This document shows, piece by piece, positions 61,324 through 64,000 of a stretch of 64,000 nt of DNA. How positions within the stretch are numbered: position 1 is the first letter of the stretch; the number at the start of each line of letters is the position of its first letter. Below the pieces are notes generated by a model, which saw only the letters and a program-made list of their open reading frames with translations, did not search any database and was not told where the DNA came from. This DNA comes from Marsupella aquatica (lineage: Eukaryota > Plantae > Marchantiophyta). Where the stretch lies: NCBI GenBank assembly GCA_973895155.1, contig OZ316892.1:20709619-20773618 (forward strand). The letters are read 5' to 3'. The position numbers were made by a program, and so were the translations under genes.

Positions 61324-64000
61324 TGTTGAGCATAGACGACATTCGTAACGGCAAGTCCATGAACCATCCAACGCACAAGAGTCGACACAGAGAGATACGT
61401 GGTTCACCTCCACATGAGGCTACGTCCACGGGAACACACAAGAGCTTTACTGCACTCTAGGCCGACCGGCCATACCAAACATCCACAACACAAGCTCTCC
61501 CTATCTCTCAACTAGCTCCATAACAATGAGCCTTTGTTCCACCAGGGTCTGGCATCAGCCTTGGCTATATACACAACAGCACTACCGCTAACATTAGCTA
61601 AGTCCTAACCCGAGTTAGCCTAACTATAGTTAGTTCATGAGTCACAAGACTAGAGCAATATCTAACAAACTCCCCCTTGACTCTTGTCTTGGGGACTGGA
61701 CTAAATGCTACCATATGGAATCCTCAGCGGGAAGTTCTAGACAATCACCAAACCAGGTCTCCCCCTAAAAACCACAAGGGTTAACTAAGGGTTAACTAGA
61801 ACTAAGCCGTAGCCTAACAGGAATGAGTAATCCATATACAAATAGTCACACATTGCTAAATAACTCTACTTGCACTACAACAGCAAAACCTGCAAAGTAG
61901 CACGGTGTCTTGAGAAACTCTCCAAAGGAATCACTTTGGTAAAGGCATCAGCGGGATTGAGTTTTCCATCAATCTTGACTAGCTCAAAAGTTTTATCAGA
62001 CACTGCTTGCCTGATAAAATGGTACCTGATATCAATGTGCTTCACCCTGCTATCCATCACCTGGTTAGCAGCCAAGTGAAGAGCACTCTGACTATCACAG
62101 TTTAGAGTCATTTTTCCATGCTCTAAACCCATCTCCGCGATCAACTTATCCAACCAAATTGCTTCCTTTGCTGCTTCTGCTGCTGCAACATACTCTATTT
62201 CTGTAGTAGACTGAGATATGCACTTCTGCAAGGTAGATTTCCAACTGATACATCCTTCTCCAAGAGTGTAAACAAACCCAGTTGTAGATCTCCTTGTATC
62301 CAGACAGCGTCCATAGTCAGAATCTACATAGCCAACTAATGATCTATCTGATCTGTTATCAATAGTAATCCATAGTCTTGTGTACCCTTGAGATACCTGA
62401 GAATCCACTTCACAGCTTCCCAATGTATCTTCCTTGGATTTGACATGAATCTGCTAACCTTGCCCATCGCTAGGGCCAAGTCAGGCCTAGTACAAGTCAT
62501 CAAATACATCAGACTGCCTACTGCCTTCTCATAAGGAATCTTAGCCATCAGACCTTTCTCCACAGCATCTGTAGGAGAGAAAGCCGATGATAACTTGAAA
62601 TGTGAAGCTAAAGGAATACTCACTGGCTTATAGTTTTCCATGTTGAATCGTGCAAGTACTTTCCTCGCATACTGGCCTTGACTCAAGCACAACTGTCCAG
62701 TCTCAGAGTTCCTAAAAATATCCATCCCTAAGATCCTCTTGGCCTTACCAAGATCCTTCATCCTGAATTCAGCACTCAATTTTGCCTTGAGACTGTCAAC
62801 CTCAGATTGATCTTTAGCCACAATCAGCATGTCATCCACATAAATCACCAGAATGATGAAACCAAATACATCATTCTTGACTGATTTCGTATACACACAA
62901 GGATCATACACCATCCTTGTAAAACCTTGAGCAAGCATGAAATCATCAAACCGCTTGTTCCACTGTCTGGGAGACTGCTTCAATCCATACAAGGACTTGA
63001 GCAATCTGCAAACTAAGTTCTCTTGGCCCTTCTTCATAAAGCCTAGTGGCTGTCTCATGAAGATCAACTCTTCCAAGTTGTCATAGAGAAAAGCAGTAAC
63101 AACATCCATCTGATCCATCACCAGACCAAAAAACACAACAAGCTGACACAAGATCCGTATTGTGGAATACTTCGCCACCGGTGAAAAGACCTCAATGTAA
63201 TCCACTCCTTTCTCCTGAGTGAATCCCTTGGCAACAAGCCTTGCCTTGTAGATCTTATCTCCACCCTCTGAAGGACTGTCCTTCAACTTGTAAATCCACT
63301 TGCTGTCCACCACTTGCTGACCTCTTGGAAGCTCCACCAGCTCCCATGTCTTGTTGTCACTCAAAGATTGTAACTCCCTCTGCATTGCTGCATTCCACTC
63401 ATGCTTCTGCTCTGAAGCACAAGCCTCACTATACGAAGAAGGCTCTCCTTCTTCCAAGATCAAAGTCATATCATCTTCATCAGGTGCAATGTCAATATCA
63501 TCTAGCTTAGATGAGTCTGCCCATTGACCATACCTGGTAGGAGCTCTAGTAGAACGACTGGAAGTTCTTATAGTAGATGACTCAGGCTGATCTGCTGCTG
63601 CTGCTGGTTGAATTTGAGGTACCCCAGCAACAATCTGCTCCTCTTGTTCCATCACAGGAACCAACTCCAAGCCCGGAGCTTCTCCATCTCTCCTATCATG
63701 AACTACATCATGACTAATCTCCCCCTCAACCCGGTCCGGGATGGGAGATTTCCCCTTGTCAGTATGGGAGTCCTGAGAACTCTCCCCCTCCTTTGATGAT
63801 TTGGATTCATTAAAGGACACATCTCTACTGACAATTAGTTTACAAGTTACTGGATCCCATAACCTATAACCCTTAACACCTTTCTGATAGCCAAGGAAAA
63901 TGCACTTCTTCGACTTGGACTCCAGCTTGGATCGAAGCTGGGAAGGTGTAAGCACATAAGCATCACATCCAAAAATCCTCAGATGTGAGTAATCTGCTGG
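61324..64000 (-). mobile_element. Second copy of the same Copia family (3' LTR, RNase H, RT, end of integrase), truncated by the window edge
   Basis: 3' LTR 61324-61667 (344 bp) with adjacent PPT. ORFs 62336-63955 and 61875-62423 are nearly identical to the first copy and are separated by a 1-nt deletion near 62361. Confidence 0.98.

Overview
Eukaryotic nuclear DNA from a non-seed land plant with flagellated sperm: the genes are spliced, there is an intact axonemal CFAP299 gene, and the PPO is of the secretory type. A liverwort-like host is my inference. Left half: V-ATPase subunit d (10 exons, 351 aa), CFAP299 (11 exons, 259 aa) and an ER-luminal HDEL-ending NDP kinase (5 exons, 181 aa). Also on the left are a tRNA-derived SINE, a full-length Copia element (344-bp LTRs, GGTCA TSD) carrying two nested 8-bp-TSD MITEs, a long-TIR MULE-like element and many local tandem duplications. 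Right half: an intronless secretory-type polyphenol oxidase, followed by a head-to-tail tandem duplication of about 10 kb (~40.5-51.3 kb and ~51.4-60.7 kb). Each unit combines NB-ARC/LRR (NLR) remnants, an intronless gene for a ParB/Srx-like domain resembling polymorphic-toxin domains and/or cationic amphipathic 22-aa repeats, and an intact small secreted 6-Cys protein whose two copies differ mainly in short loop-like segments. This putative defence cassette is the main candidate for an undescribed system. The window ends in a second copy of the same Copia family. All family assignments come from motif recognition by eye; no searches were run.
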